A stretch of DNA of 62,939 nucleotides, counting the filler, from Reticulomyxa filosa (Eukaryota > Protista > Foraminifera), in the NCBI GenBank assembly GCA_000512085.1. It is 16 parts of 16 records of this genome, joined end to end, with 100 filler letters (N's around TTAATTAATTAA, not from the genome) between each part and the next. Parts side by side here need not be neighbours in the genome. Positions count along the whole stretch, not along the records: positions 1 to 1,032 come from ASPP01026926.1; positions 1,133 to 10,634 come from ASPP01004847.1; positions 10,735 to 15,843 come from ASPP01007578.1; 13 more parts are not named here. One strand, given 5' to 3'. Below are positions 1-10,839 of the stretch, piece by piece. The notes under the pieces are model-generated. The model was not told where the DNA came from and did not search any database. It saw nothing but the letters and a program-made list of their open reading frames with translations. The number at the start of each line of letters is the position of its first letter. Within the stretch, counting starts at the first letter, position 1. Both the position numbers and the translations under genes were made by a program.

Positions 1-1032
1 TTTTTTCAATTTTTTTTATCCTTTTTTTCTTTTTTCATCTTTTTCTTTTCTCTTTTAATCTTTTTTTTTCTTTTCAATTGTCACTTTTTTAATTTTTTTT
101 CTTTTAATCTTTTTCATTTTTTTTATTGTCTTTTTTTAAATTTTTTTTTCATTTTTATTTCCAACTTTTTTTTTCTTTTATATTTCTCATTCTTATTTTT
201 TTCATTTTTCTCAAATGAATTTTTCCCCCTTTTTTTTTCCAACAAATTTTCCCCTTTTATTTTCTCCCAATTTCCTACCAACTTTTCCCTAATCTCTTAA
301 ATAGAAATAAAAATATAAAATAAAAAACCTTCCAATCTTTTTTATTGACTCTTGAACCCTATTAATATAATCACAAATTGAAATAATTTTTTTAAAAAAA
401 AACAAATAAAAATATACATTTGCTGATGAGCTAAAAGCTCTAATTTCAATTATCTATTTTTTTTTTTCTTTTGTAATGTTGAGGGGGGGGACAAATAAAT
501 TTTTTATTGATGGGGGCGTGCCTATTGAAAATCACACAATCATTTGATAAAAAAAATTAAAAAAATAAAAAAAAAAAAAGATTCAAACTCTTTTATTTTA
601 TTTTGGATGCGGGATGGCTTCAACCCCAAAATTTTTCTTTGTAGTGAGTTGGGATGGGACGTACAGATTTTTTATTTTTTTTGGAAAGACGGGTTAAGGC
701 TATAATTGCAAAAACAAACAAAATTAATTATGTTAAAAAAAATAAATAAATAAATAACAAACCGTTTTTACTCCTTGCGGAGACGGGGGGCCTTACCCCA
801 TATTCAACATATATTTTTTTTATTTTGCCAAAGGATGCAATGCATCCAAATGAAAAAATTATTTTTTTTTATCTGAGTGCGAGATCTGTTTAAAAAAAAA
901 AAACAAACACTATTTTAAGTTGCAAAAGTATTAAAAAAAAGAACAAAGACGTACCAGTGCTTTGAGAGAGAGCAATATCACCCTAATTACGAACTGTTAC
1001 GAAGAGACAACCAAAGAAAAAAAAAAAAAAAA

Positions 1033-1132
1033 NNNNNNNNNNNNNNNNNNNNNNNNNNNNNNNNNNNNNNNNNNNNTTAATTAATTAANNNNNNNNNNNN
1101 NNNNNNNNNNNNNNNNNNNNNNNNNNNNNNNN
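1033..1132. other. Artificial contig linker N44-TTAATTAATTAA-N44 (first of 15)
   Basis: Identical 100-nt spacers with stops in all six frames at 1033, 10635, 15844, 26081, 28964, 30805, 31934, 33979, 39765, 41140, 47691, 49405, 50589, 57165 and 60288. Adjacency across them has no biological meaning. Confidence 0.98.
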
Positions 1133-1578
1133 GTCATACTGACTCCATTGTGACGTAAGTAGTCTCACTACACAATCTTTGTTTTGAAATTTTGTAATGA
1201 CATATATTTAGTGTTTTCCTACTATTCTTTGTTCACTAGCACAAACAAAGAATTTCATTATTTCATTTCTTTATCTAGTCTTTTTCAATTTACTATTTTG
1301 ATTCAGTATAAAGATTTGATTAATTGATCAAATTGAAAATACAATATCCTAAATGCGCTATAAAATACGAACTATGCAAAAACTTTAACAAGTACAAACA
1401 AACGCGCTCCAATTATTTAACTTTTAACATTTAATACAAAGCCACAATTTAATGAACAGCGATTTTTACTTGTTTGTTGTCGAGAATGTTTTTTGCTACA
1501 GATAAGTACTGAACTAACAGTTTAGTCCCGTTTTTGTTGATGAATTAAAAAATTTGGGGTCATTTGGCCAACCAAGAT

Positions 1579-4500
1579 ATGTCCCGCGTGCCCATTTCCC
1601 CAGAAGAATGTCTAAATCTGACAAAAAAATGGTGGGGTAAGAAATTGGAACATGGAGATGTGTGGTATGCAGTAAGCCGCAAATGGTTTTCACATTTTTG
1701 CCACTTTTGTGGTTTTCACGACGACAAGAGAAAGCCGCAGTATACAGAAGAGACAAGGGAAAAAGAATATCCACGACCGCTGAACAATGGAAACTTACAG
1801 TCATCGACAAACCCGTTGCAAATTCGAGAAGATGCAATAGAGCATCGGGACTTTGTTTGGGTGTGCAAAGAGTTATATTCGTTATGGACAAAGGATTGGT
1901 TCGGTGTGGAGAAGGACTCGCCAGTATTCGAAAGAGACGTTATCCGACTGGGCTTTGATTCGACGATCTCGGAACTGCGAATCGAGCAGTTCCCAGTGTT
2001 TATCCGCGTGTGTACGTGTGATGAGAAAGGACATCCCGACGAAGTCACGGCGAAAGTATGGCGAGTGGCCCGCGACGACACGTTGCAGCGATTACTGGAC
2101 AAAGTGAAAGAGGAATTGGACAACGATTGGTCGGGCGGATTGGACGGGCCAGAGGCGCGAATGTGGTTCAACACGAACATTGACAATAAGAATAAGACCG
2201 ACCCAAGTCAGGAGGCCGGTGTCACGGACGCCGAATTTATAAAATGGGACCCCTTTCGATCAGACGGACAAGCTGATGGCAATGCCGATACATCGTTGAA
2301 TGCAAGTACAAGTACGAATACAAATGCAAATACGAATACAAACAACAATGACAATAATAATAATAATAATAATAATGACAATAATAATAATAATAATAAT
2401 AATGACAATAACAAGACCAATCTAAATACAAATACAAATGCAAATGCACGACACCTGGGTAGCAACAGCGACGACGAGTACGGAGAGAGCAGCAGCAAGG
2501 ATCTGGCGAATGACGGATGGGTGCTACTGAACGAAGGCGACCTGAGGACGCTGATAGGAAACATTGATCTGAATCACAAGACCAGCGACTTGCATTTGCA
2601 GACATATTATATGGTGGAGGTTCAAGGGGAGTTTGAAGACTGGGTACGTCCCACGCCGGTGTGGAACTGGCGCGAGTTCATTCGCGTGGGCGACCGACTG
2701 GACGTGTACGACTCGAAGGAGGACCAGTGGTACAAGGGCATTGTGATATCGATCGACGCGAGTCGTCCAGAAATGATCAAGATCCATTTTGAAGGGTACG
2801 ACGCCGAGTTGGACCAAGAGATTGATCGCAACAGCGACAGACTGGCGGAAGGCGGGACATACGTTGCGGACAACTATGGAGATGTCGACGACGTGGGACA
2901 CCATTATGCAAACACAAAAAAATGGAATGACATTGGCAGCGGAGGAGGTGGAGGTGGTCATTGGTTTAATTTCCATGGATCCAATGTGTCCATGTATCGT
3001 GACAATGCTGTACCACCAAAGACTCCTGGATGTGTGGGCTTTCGCAATCTCGGCAACACGTGTTTTTTGAACAGCACGTTGCAATGTCTGTGTCATTGCG
3101 CGGTACTGTGCGATTACTTTGTGCACGGCACGTACCAGCGAGACATCAATGTGGACAATCCCTTGGGATGGAAGGGCGAAGTCGCCAAGTCATTTGGAGA
3201 GTTGCTGAAGAAGTATTGGAGTGATCAGTATAATATTCTGGCGCCCAACGAGCTGAAAGACACTATTGCCAAAGTGCAGCCGAGATTCTCAGGCTTCCAA
3301 CAGCACGACTCGTCTGAGCTGTTGCAATTCTTGTTGGACGGATTGCACGAAGATCTAAATCGAGTAATCGACAAGCAATTCATTCCCAAGATCGAATCCG
3401 ATGGCTCCAACGACCACGTCGTGGCTGCGCAGTCGTGGCAACAGTATCTGAAGCGAAATGACTCCATCGTCGTAGACACGATCACGGGCCTGATGCGCTC
3501 CAATGTCCATTGTCCAACATGTCACAAGGTGTCTGTCACATTCGATCCCTTTATCTTCCTCTCCGTGCCGGTGTCCACCAGACATATCAAAGACAAAATG
3601 GTCCAGATCACTGTCGTGCTAAAGAATGCACAGCCTCCTACCACCTATGCTGTTCGCGTTCAATGCTTTGCGAGCATTGCCGAACTGAAGGAAAAACTCG
3701 TTGTCGAAATCAAACGTGCCTCTTCTGTGCTTATCACTGCAAGTCAACTCGTCGTGGTCGATCTTCTCAACTCGCGCATTCACAATCTCTTTGAAAACTA
3801 CGCGTGCGTAGATGAAATCTCTGCGCATGACGACATTTGGGCATTTCAGGTTGGTTCCGACGAAGAGATCGTCTCCCAGCTGTCTCACATTGTCAGCACT
3901 TCTCAATCTGTTGAGACTGAAACCACGCAAGACGGAACAACTACCCAAAACAAAGACCAAAAAAACAGATTTCGTATCGTCAGCATCTGTCATCAAGTCA
4001 CCGAACGAAGCGAGTATTTGCACATTCGCAATCAATTCAACATCAAAGACAAAGGCATCCCCTTGCTCATCAAACTGCCCGTCGAACGCGACATTTCTTG
4101 CAAATGGCTTGAACAACAATCGTGCAATTGGCATCGCCTTACTTTGACGACAAGCAAATGGAGCTCTATTCCAAAAGCGACGAACACATTGATCAAACTT
4201 GGGCCGAACAACAGCAATTTACTAACTACGACGCCAGTGACAATGACAATACCAATGGTAATGATAACGACAATGACAGTGACGCTCCTGCAAAGTTGGA
4301 CTTTTCTTCTTCGGATGATGAAGTCTTTCTTGCATCTGCACAAAGTGAAATTGAAAGGCAAAGCAGAAACGAAAAGGAAAAGGAAAAGGAAAAAGAAAAA
4401 GAAAAAGAAAAGGAAGATAAAAAAGGACAATGAAAAAGAGAATGAAAAGGAAAACGAAAAAGAAAAAGAAAAAGAAAAAGAAACAAACAAAAATGAAACA

Positions 4501-5307
4501 AAAATAGAAAAAAAACCACCTTATGAAATTGTCTTTGTTTCTTATTCCGCTTCCACAATTTGTGGTATTTGTAAAGATTTCAAATGCTCTGGTTGCAATA
4601 TCAAGAAACTCTCAACAGTCAAATTATCAAACAATCTCGAGTCATTTCGCATTATCATTCGATGGAGTGTATATGCAAATGAATGCTTCAAACACGATTT
4701 ATTCCTCAAACCGATCAAGGATGCGTCTTGTGACGTCGAAATTGAAAAAAAGGAAGAAGTGAATTCCATGACCCTTCAGGACTGCTTTAATGCCTTTACT
4801 CAAGAAGAAACGCTGAGCGAAATGGATGCCTGGTATTGCAATCAATGCAAACAACACAAATGTGCCAACAAAAAATTAGAGCTTTGGAGCTTACCTAAAA
4901 TTGTTATCATTCATCTCAAACGCTTCACTCAAAGTGGTTATTATCGTGAAAAGGATACAACCCCTGTTGTTTATCCACATAGCTTAGACCTGTCTCCATG
5001 GATTTCCAAAACCAATGAGCAAAGGGAACAAGGACACAATAGCTACGAGTTATTTGCTGTCAGTGTACATTCTGGGTCATTGGGAGGAGGGCATTATATT
5101 GCCTTTGTCAAAAACATAAAGAGTAAGGAATGGTTCGAATGCGACGACAATCTAGTCTTTCCTGTTGACGAGTCCAAAGCTTTGACACAAGATGCATATG
5201 TACTGTTTTATTCCAAACAAGACAAATCCGACAAACAACCTGAACTTTCAGCCACTACCTCTCCTGATCTCCCTGTTAATCCAATCAATGACAAAGGAAG
5301 CACTTAA
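1579..5307 (+). CDS. Ubiquitin-specific protease, USP4/11/15 type (DUSP, UBL-like region, Tudor-like insert, split UCH catalytic domain); intronless
   Basis: First ATG at 1579 (MSRVP). DUSP-like WYAVSRKWF...PRPLNNGNL; Cys box GFRNLGNTCFLNS; QQHDSSELLQFLLDGLHEDLN; CxxC pairs; IIHLKRF; His box HSGSLGGGHYIA; AYVLFY. Confidence 0.95.
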   Translation: MSRVPISPEECLNLTKKWWGKKLEHGDVWYAVSRKWFSHFCHFCGFHDDKRKPQYTEETREKEYPRPLNNGNLQSSTNPLQIREDAIEHRDFVWVCKELYSLWTKDWFGVEKDSPVFERDVIRLGFDSTISELRIEQFPVFIRVCTCDEKGHPDEVTAKVWRVARDDTLQRLLDKVKEELDNDWSGGLDGPEARMWFNTNIDNKNKTDPSQEAGVTDAEFIKWDPFRSDGQADGNADTSLNASTSTNTNANTNTNNNDNNNNNNNNDNNNNNNNNDNNKTNLNTNTNANARHLGSNSDDEYGESSSKDLANDGWVLLNEGDLRTLIGNIDLNHKTSDLHLQTYYMVEVQGEFEDWVRPTPVWNWREFIRVGDRLDVYDSKEDQWYKGIVISIDASRPEMIKIHFEGYDAELDQEIDRNSDRLAEGGTYVADNYGDVDDVGHHYANTKKWNDIGSGGGGGGHWFNFHGSNVSMYRDNAVPPKTPGCVGFRNLGNTCFLNSTLQCLCHCAVLCDYFVHGTYQRDINVDNPLGWKGEVAKSFGELLKKYWSDQYNILAPNELKDTIAKVQPRFSGFQQHDSSELLQFLLDGLHEDLNRVIDKQFIPKIESDGSNDHVVAAQSWQQYLKRNDSIVVDTITGLMRSNVHCPTCHKVSVTFDPFIFLSVPVSTRHIKDKMVQITVVLKNAQPPTTYAVRVQCFASIAELKEKLVVEIKRASSVLITASQLVVVDLLNSRIHNLFENYACVDEISAHDDIWAFQVGSDEEIVSQLSHIVSTSQSVETETTQDGTTTQNKDQKNRFRIVSICHQVTERSEYLHIRNQFNIKDKGIPLLIKLPVERDISCKWLEQQSCNWHRLTLTTSKWSSIPKATNTLIKLGPNNSNLLTTTPVTMTIPMVMITTMTVTLLQSWTFLLRMMKSFLHLHKVKLKGKAETKRKRKRKKKKKKKRKIKKDNEKENEKENEKEKEKEKETNKNETKIEKKPPYEIVFVSYSASTICGICKDFKCSGCNIKKLSTVKLSNNLESFRIIIRWSVYANECFKHDLFLKPIKDASCDVEIEKKEEVNSMTLQDCFNAFTQEETLSEMDAWYCNQCKQHKCANKKLELWSLPKIVIIHLKRFTQSGYYREKDTTPVVYPHSLDLSPWISKTNEQREQGHNSYELFAVSVHSGSLGGGHYIAFVKNIKSKEWFECDDNLVFPVDESKALTQDAYVLFYSKQDKSDKQPELSATTSPDLPVNPINDKGST
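2343..2412 (+). repeat. (AAT)n coding microsatellite, poly-Asn in the USP
   Basis: Run of aataataat interrupted by gac, read directly. Confidence 0.9.
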
Positions 5308-5850
5308 AGACATTGCATTCTTTATGTTTCTCCAAACGATACAATTTGTTTTGTTTTGTTTTTGAAAACACATTTTTGGATCAATTTTGCTTTGTATTTG
5401 TGGTCTTGCAAGACACAAAACATCATTCGTTCATACCAAACAAAGGTAGCCATTTGTCTAAACAATATAAGCCAATATTCATTGCACTCATAAAATATGA
5501 ACTTTGTATTTTCATGCCATCCTTTTAAACTTCACGTAATGTGCAATCTTGTAAATATTGCTGACACTACAAATGCTGTGGGTATCAGAAATGACAAAGA
5601 ACCAAAACAAAATTTTTGATGAAAAAGTTAAAGCTTTTTTGCGAAAACTCAAGTTGTCACTTGTTTCAAACAAGAAATGCGATATTTAATTTGTTTGTCC
5701 ACAATTCCTTTCAATTTAGATCCTTCAAGAAAATCACAAAAGAAGATATACAACAAAGTATTTTGATGTTTGGTGTTCGCCAGTGTTTTTAGTCTAGAAA
5801 TGTTCATTCAAGATTTATTGAATCACTCCCGGTATCTTGCGTCAGAATAA

Positions 5851-7343
5851 ATGGGGAAAAAAAAGATCTTATTCCTAATTTTCGCTTGGATATGGCTCGC
5901 ATTCGTACTTTTTGAATTATTTTCATATCTTCCCCTAGACGTTGTGACTGACGAGACCAACAGACAACAAAAAATTGAGGAGGATATGATAATACCCATA
6001 CGCACGAATCTAAAAGAAATGAAAGAAACATTGGATTGCTTTGTTGCACAGTTCCAACCTAAAAAAAAAGTAATGTTTTGAAGCCTCAAAAGAATCAAAA
6101 TTGGGAAATAAAAACGTTTGAGATCAATGGCGAGACCTTTGAGAGAGCCCATGAATGGTTTTGGTACAGTGTGAGCCAAGGAAAAGTATACTTTTGTCTC
6201 ACTCTCACAGACTTTGGTTTTGGAAATGCGTTATTACAATATTGGACAGCCAGGGCTATGGCTTTCTATTTTCAGTTGGACTTTGCGATGGATCGAAATG
6301 TTTGCCGATCCTTGCTAAAGGAAGTCAACGGAAGCATCATACTCGATGTCATGGACATTTTCTTTTTTCAACAAAAGGCCTCCAATTGGCAAAATGAAAT
6401 TCACAGTTTTCACCCCTCTGAAGTGGTGTTATCTAATCAATTTTCTCATTCTGTGCCCTTCCAAACATATCAAATGGATGCGGCCACAGAAGAAATAAGT
6501 GACGTGAAGATACTAGCCAATGAATGGAAACAAATGATGCACAAATTGGTCAATATGAAGACCATGTCTTTAAAATTCCCCCACGCATCCAATTCGCATT
6601 TGTATTTGGTGGTCAATAAGATTTTTTTGTCGCAAATTTATCAACAAGAGTTCCGTTCTCTAGTCAAACAACAAACAAAGCCCCTTTTCCTCTCCGATTT
6701 GGATTTGGTGATTCACGTACGTTGTGGGGATATTTTATTTTTGAAAAATGTCACAAATTTGCAAAGCTATGGCTTTATGACTTGTGGGTATTATTACAAA
6801 GTTTTGAATGGTGTCAACTACTTAAATTGGTTTGAAGAGATCCAAAGACAGTTGGAGAAGAAACACAATGTGAGCATTGGAATACATATCATTTCCCAAT
6901 TGAGCACTGCGTCAGTTCATTTTCAAACTGAGAATGATAATATCAATTCTTGCCATTCTATTGTCACTGCATTACAAAATTGCATTCAAAATTTCATATT
7001 TCAAAAATTTTCACAAAGTGATTTACGTTATTTGAATTTATATTGGAATATTGCCAAAGAAACTACCATTAATCAGGACTTTTACAAAATGATACTAGCG
7101 CCTTATCTTATTTGCTCACCGTCCACATTTTGTCTAATGGCTGCCTTGGCCAATTCTCAAGGCCGAGTCATGCTTCCTGCCAATTTTGTGATGCAATCTG
7201 TGCAACGATTATGTCCTCAAACCAAAGTACAAAACCACTATCTTATGGCCGAAAAAGAAGTCAATGAATTTAAATTATCTCTTTCTCAATTCAAGGGACA
7301 GTGGTCTCTCCAACAAATCATCAGTTATCTGTCTCAACATTGA
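5851..7343 (+). CDS. Type II membrane glycosyltransferase, GT11/alpha-1,2-fucosyltransferase-like; one frameshift in the A9 run at 6061-6069
   Basis: N-terminal TM helix in ORF 5851-6081 joins ORF 6078-7343. Motifs GFGNALLQY, VIHVRCGD and DF...SPSTF resemble GT11 GLGNQ(M/L)FQY, HVRRGD and NSTF. Confidence 0.65.
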
Positions 7344-8995
7344 CCTCATTGGAAATTACATTACTTTCATTTGTTTGCAAATCTGTCGATAAAACCTTAT
7401 TTACGATAATGTGAAAAGAAAGCGATTTGATTGCCTATTACATTGAATTTAGCAAACAATCCATACGGAGGTCGAAATTCAATCCTCAAGTTTTGTCGTA
7501 TTGATTTTTATATTAATTTTTTGATGCATTTGATAGTGATTCACTGGTTTATTTAAAACAAGCTCCACTTAAGTGAGATATTGTCAACACTGTATCTTTT
7601 TTAAAGTAAAATATGAGAATTTTGAATAGTGATGTTTTCTATTGGTATTTCAACCTGTTAATATATTTATGTATAAGAAATCATTTTATTGTTTTTTTAC
7701 AATGTGTGAAAGGCATCGCTCAGCCGTTATAAAGAAAAACACTTTTTTGCGATTGTATAATATACATAACTTCAATACTTTATCAAGATTTTTTATTGGT
7801 TCTCTTTTTTTACACTTTGGTTTGCCTAAATTATTCTAATCTTTTCGAACTATCATGAATTAGGAAGACAAAAGTGGCAAAGTTTGGCCACATCAGTATG
7901 AAGAAAGAGATGCAGTGCAATTATTGGCCATATTTGCACTTTTGCTCTTGTTTGTATTGAAATTTTTTAAGTTTTTATTAAATTTTATGTTATAATTGAA
8001 ACTTGTTTTTTATTTTTTCGCACTATATGCTGTTGTACGATAAGGCAGAGTTATTCGCAAGTTTTAGTGCTTTTCTAAAAAAAATGCGAGCTTTAAAAGA
8101 ATTGTCAAACAATTTCGAGTGAAACTGCAATTCGATAAGCATCGATTCATTACACGAAGTGAATACAAAATTTGTATTATTCCAGCATCGGCGAATAAAG
8201 ATACAGATTTAGTGTCACAATCAAATACTTGAATAGCATTTATTGTCAAACATTTGCATAGCATCTAAAAGAGATTAATTAGAATTTTTATGAAAATGTC
8301 GAAAATACATCAAATTTTTTCTTTATATAGAAGCAAGGCGCCGATCTGCGCTAATACGTACAAACAAACTACCATCCTTATCATTATAAGACATAGATTG
8401 AAAAAGCGTACTAAATATACAATTATAAAATAAACAACGAATTTAGTTTATGACATAATTTTAAAAAAGAAAATTTTGTTTAAGTATATCGAAAAATTAT
8501 TTGAAATGAATTTTCAACACATTTTTCGATGAATTTTACAAGTTGTTTGATAATTTTTGCCATTGTTTCAGGTTACTATATCTTATTTCCAATAAACAAA
8601 ATTATCAGGTTCGATCAATTGAATTGAAAATAAGGCAACAATTCATTGATTGCTGCTCGCCATGCTTATATAAATGCTTGGTAATGTAGACATTCAATCA
8701 GAATGTTCCACAGTTTCTTCATCATCTTCACACAATTTACAATATGATGAATTAGCTTTTGATCTTGAATATAAATATATTAGTCAAGCTTTACATGTAA
8801 AAAAAATGCAATTAACCCACTTCATTAACTAGCCTCACTAAAAAAGTTGTATTTTGAAATAAATTTTAAGAAAATGCTTGCGCTAGTATCTTAAGATTCT
8901 GACTAAGTATCGTAAAGACAAGTATCTGAATAAAGCAAAGAGAAACCACTTGAAAACTTTTCAACTAGTATTTTTGACAACTTATTTGCAGTTAA

Positions 8996-9334
8996 GTTTC
9001 GGAAGTGTAGTCTTCGGTTCATCTAGTGTGTTGTGTGACTTTGGGATATGGAAGTGCTTGTTTAAACTTACAGTGTATCTTGAAATAAGTTGCTTTAAGA
9101 GTACCGAGGTGCAAACTTTTGGTAACTGGGATAGTAACCTTTTACTGGAACCGGGAGGCTTGTGGGAGACGGTCAAACATTGACTTCGTTAAGAAATGTT
9201 CAACGCCTTTGAGAAATTAGCAATATCGAGGCAAATATACAGTTTTTGTGTTTGACGAACTCCGAGTGTCGGGCAACTTCTACTGAACCTCGGGCAAAAC
9301 CGAAACACACTAACTGATAACTACACTTTCGAAC
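8996..9334 (+). ncRNA. Candidate ~340-nt structured RNA (alternatively a fold-back MITE)
   Basis: Nested complementary segments 8998-9011/9320-9333, 9024-9032/9304-9312, 9104-9113/9284-9293, 9172-9180/9248-9256 and 9205-9212/9226-9232. Several mismatches are G-U wobbles on the + strand. Confidence 0.5.
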
Positions 9335-10030
9335 ATATGTGACACTAGTGAACTATCAAATGCCAGTATAAATGATAGCATTGTAAATGGACATAGATAT
9401 GGAATTGGATCAGAAATGACGTCGAATAATGATATGGACGTCGACACAAATGGCACAAGACGAATAGCAATAAAACGAAAGAAGCCAGGTGATTAACTAA
9501 CTGATGACATTGCGAAGAAAGCAAAAAATAAATATTCGACATTTCAAATTGTATTACAAAGCTAAGGTATGCAATAAAACGAAGAAAAGAAGATTAGTGA
9601 AATTACATTTGAAAATGTGTAAGAAAAATATGCAAGTTCGACGATAATTTATATGTACGATTGTAGTCACTACAATCAAGTACAAAGAACTTAAATCAGC
9701 AACATCAATGATTAAGTTCATTTGATTGAAAAACAAGAATGCGTTGTACATTATTTGTTCTTTTACACTTGATGTTAATGAGCAGCTAATTCAACTAGCT
9801 CAAAATTTCAATGGTGCCAAAGATGGACAAATTGAATAAAAAGAAAACCAAGATAGTAAACAAAGAATTGTAAGTCAAGATATGATATTTATCTTAAGAC
9901 ATTAAAAAAAAAAATTATATGTGTATATCACCATTCATCGTCATTGACTAGCTAAAAGCCAACGATCCGGCATTTCATTTAGATGGTAGAAAGCACTCAC
10001 GCCAGCAACGTGCGAGCCGAGGCCCCGAGC

Positions 10031-10128
10031 AAGAAAAGGCAACTGAAGGCCTGGAAACTAAAGAAAAGTCACCCGAAAGCCGGAAACCAAAGAAAAGGCC
10101 ACCGAAGGATCGGGAACCAAAGATAAAA
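10031..10128 (+). repeat. Degenerate ~29-30 bp tandem repeat, about 3.3 copies
   Basis: aagaaaaggcaactgaaggcctggaaacta / aagaaaagtcacccgaaagccggaaacca / aagaaaaggccaccgaaggatcgggaacca / aagataaa. Confidence 0.75.
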
Positions 10129-10734
10129 ATGCTTCAGCAAATATTATGTTTGTTTTACTTTATTTTTGAGTGCAATAGTTTTGTTTAAATTTGTAAGTGG
10201 TGGTAACTGAGAGTGTTGGATTTTATCCCAAAGGAATCCTCTGAGCTGCGTAGAGGTAAGGCAAGGCTATCAAATGTGTGATATCACATAAAGTTTTGGG
10301 AGTTAAGTTGATATCATTTTGAAATGTTATAAAAGGATGCAATCTCTATATTCACCTAAAAAAATTTTAAAATAAAATTATTGAAGCTTGAATGTTACTT
10401 TTTGTAACGTATTACATTGTGTCCAAGTTTGAGTGAGGTGCTTGTTTTACAATATTTTCACTTTTATCAATTCAATAAATACATTTTTTTTTGATGAATT
10501 GCAGGGGGGCGTGTCAAGTGTTGGACTACTCTCTTGCTTCATCCTCAACTCGCACCGTTTTTGCACTATCTACATGCTTAAACTTAGGTCTAAAAAAAAA
10601 ATTATATTTACTCCATTCATCATCAATATTTATTNNNNNNNNNNNNNNNNNNNNNNNNNNNNNNNNNNNNNNNNNNNNTTAATTAATTAANNNNNNNNNN
10701 NNNNNNNNNNNNNNNNNNNNNNNNNNNNNNNNNN

Positions 10735-10771
<37 letters not shown>

Positions 10772-10839
10772 ATTTGTTCGTTTTTGTGTTTTGCCATTAT
10801 TATTTTTTATTTTTTTAAATAAATAAATAAATAATAACA

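Noticed and set aside
1-1032. T-rich then A-rich contig with short GC patches
   Set aside because: No supportable ORF or RNA motif; it looks like intronic or low-quality read-end sequence.
6061-6083. Single-base frameshifts in conserved genes (6061-69, ~55785, ~60585) read as programmed frameshifting or a 14-nt intron
   Set aside because: All lie in homopolymers and are fixed by one base, typical of sequencing error. No stimulatory structure is seen.
9003-9011. AAGTGTAGT resembling the U2 snRNA branch-point pairing region
   Set aside because: Flanking U2 stem I, stem IIa and the Sm site are absent.
10205-10260. Possible hammerhead ribozyme (CTGAGAG...GGAA)
   Set aside because: The CTGANGA and GAAA cores and stems I/III are not satisfied.
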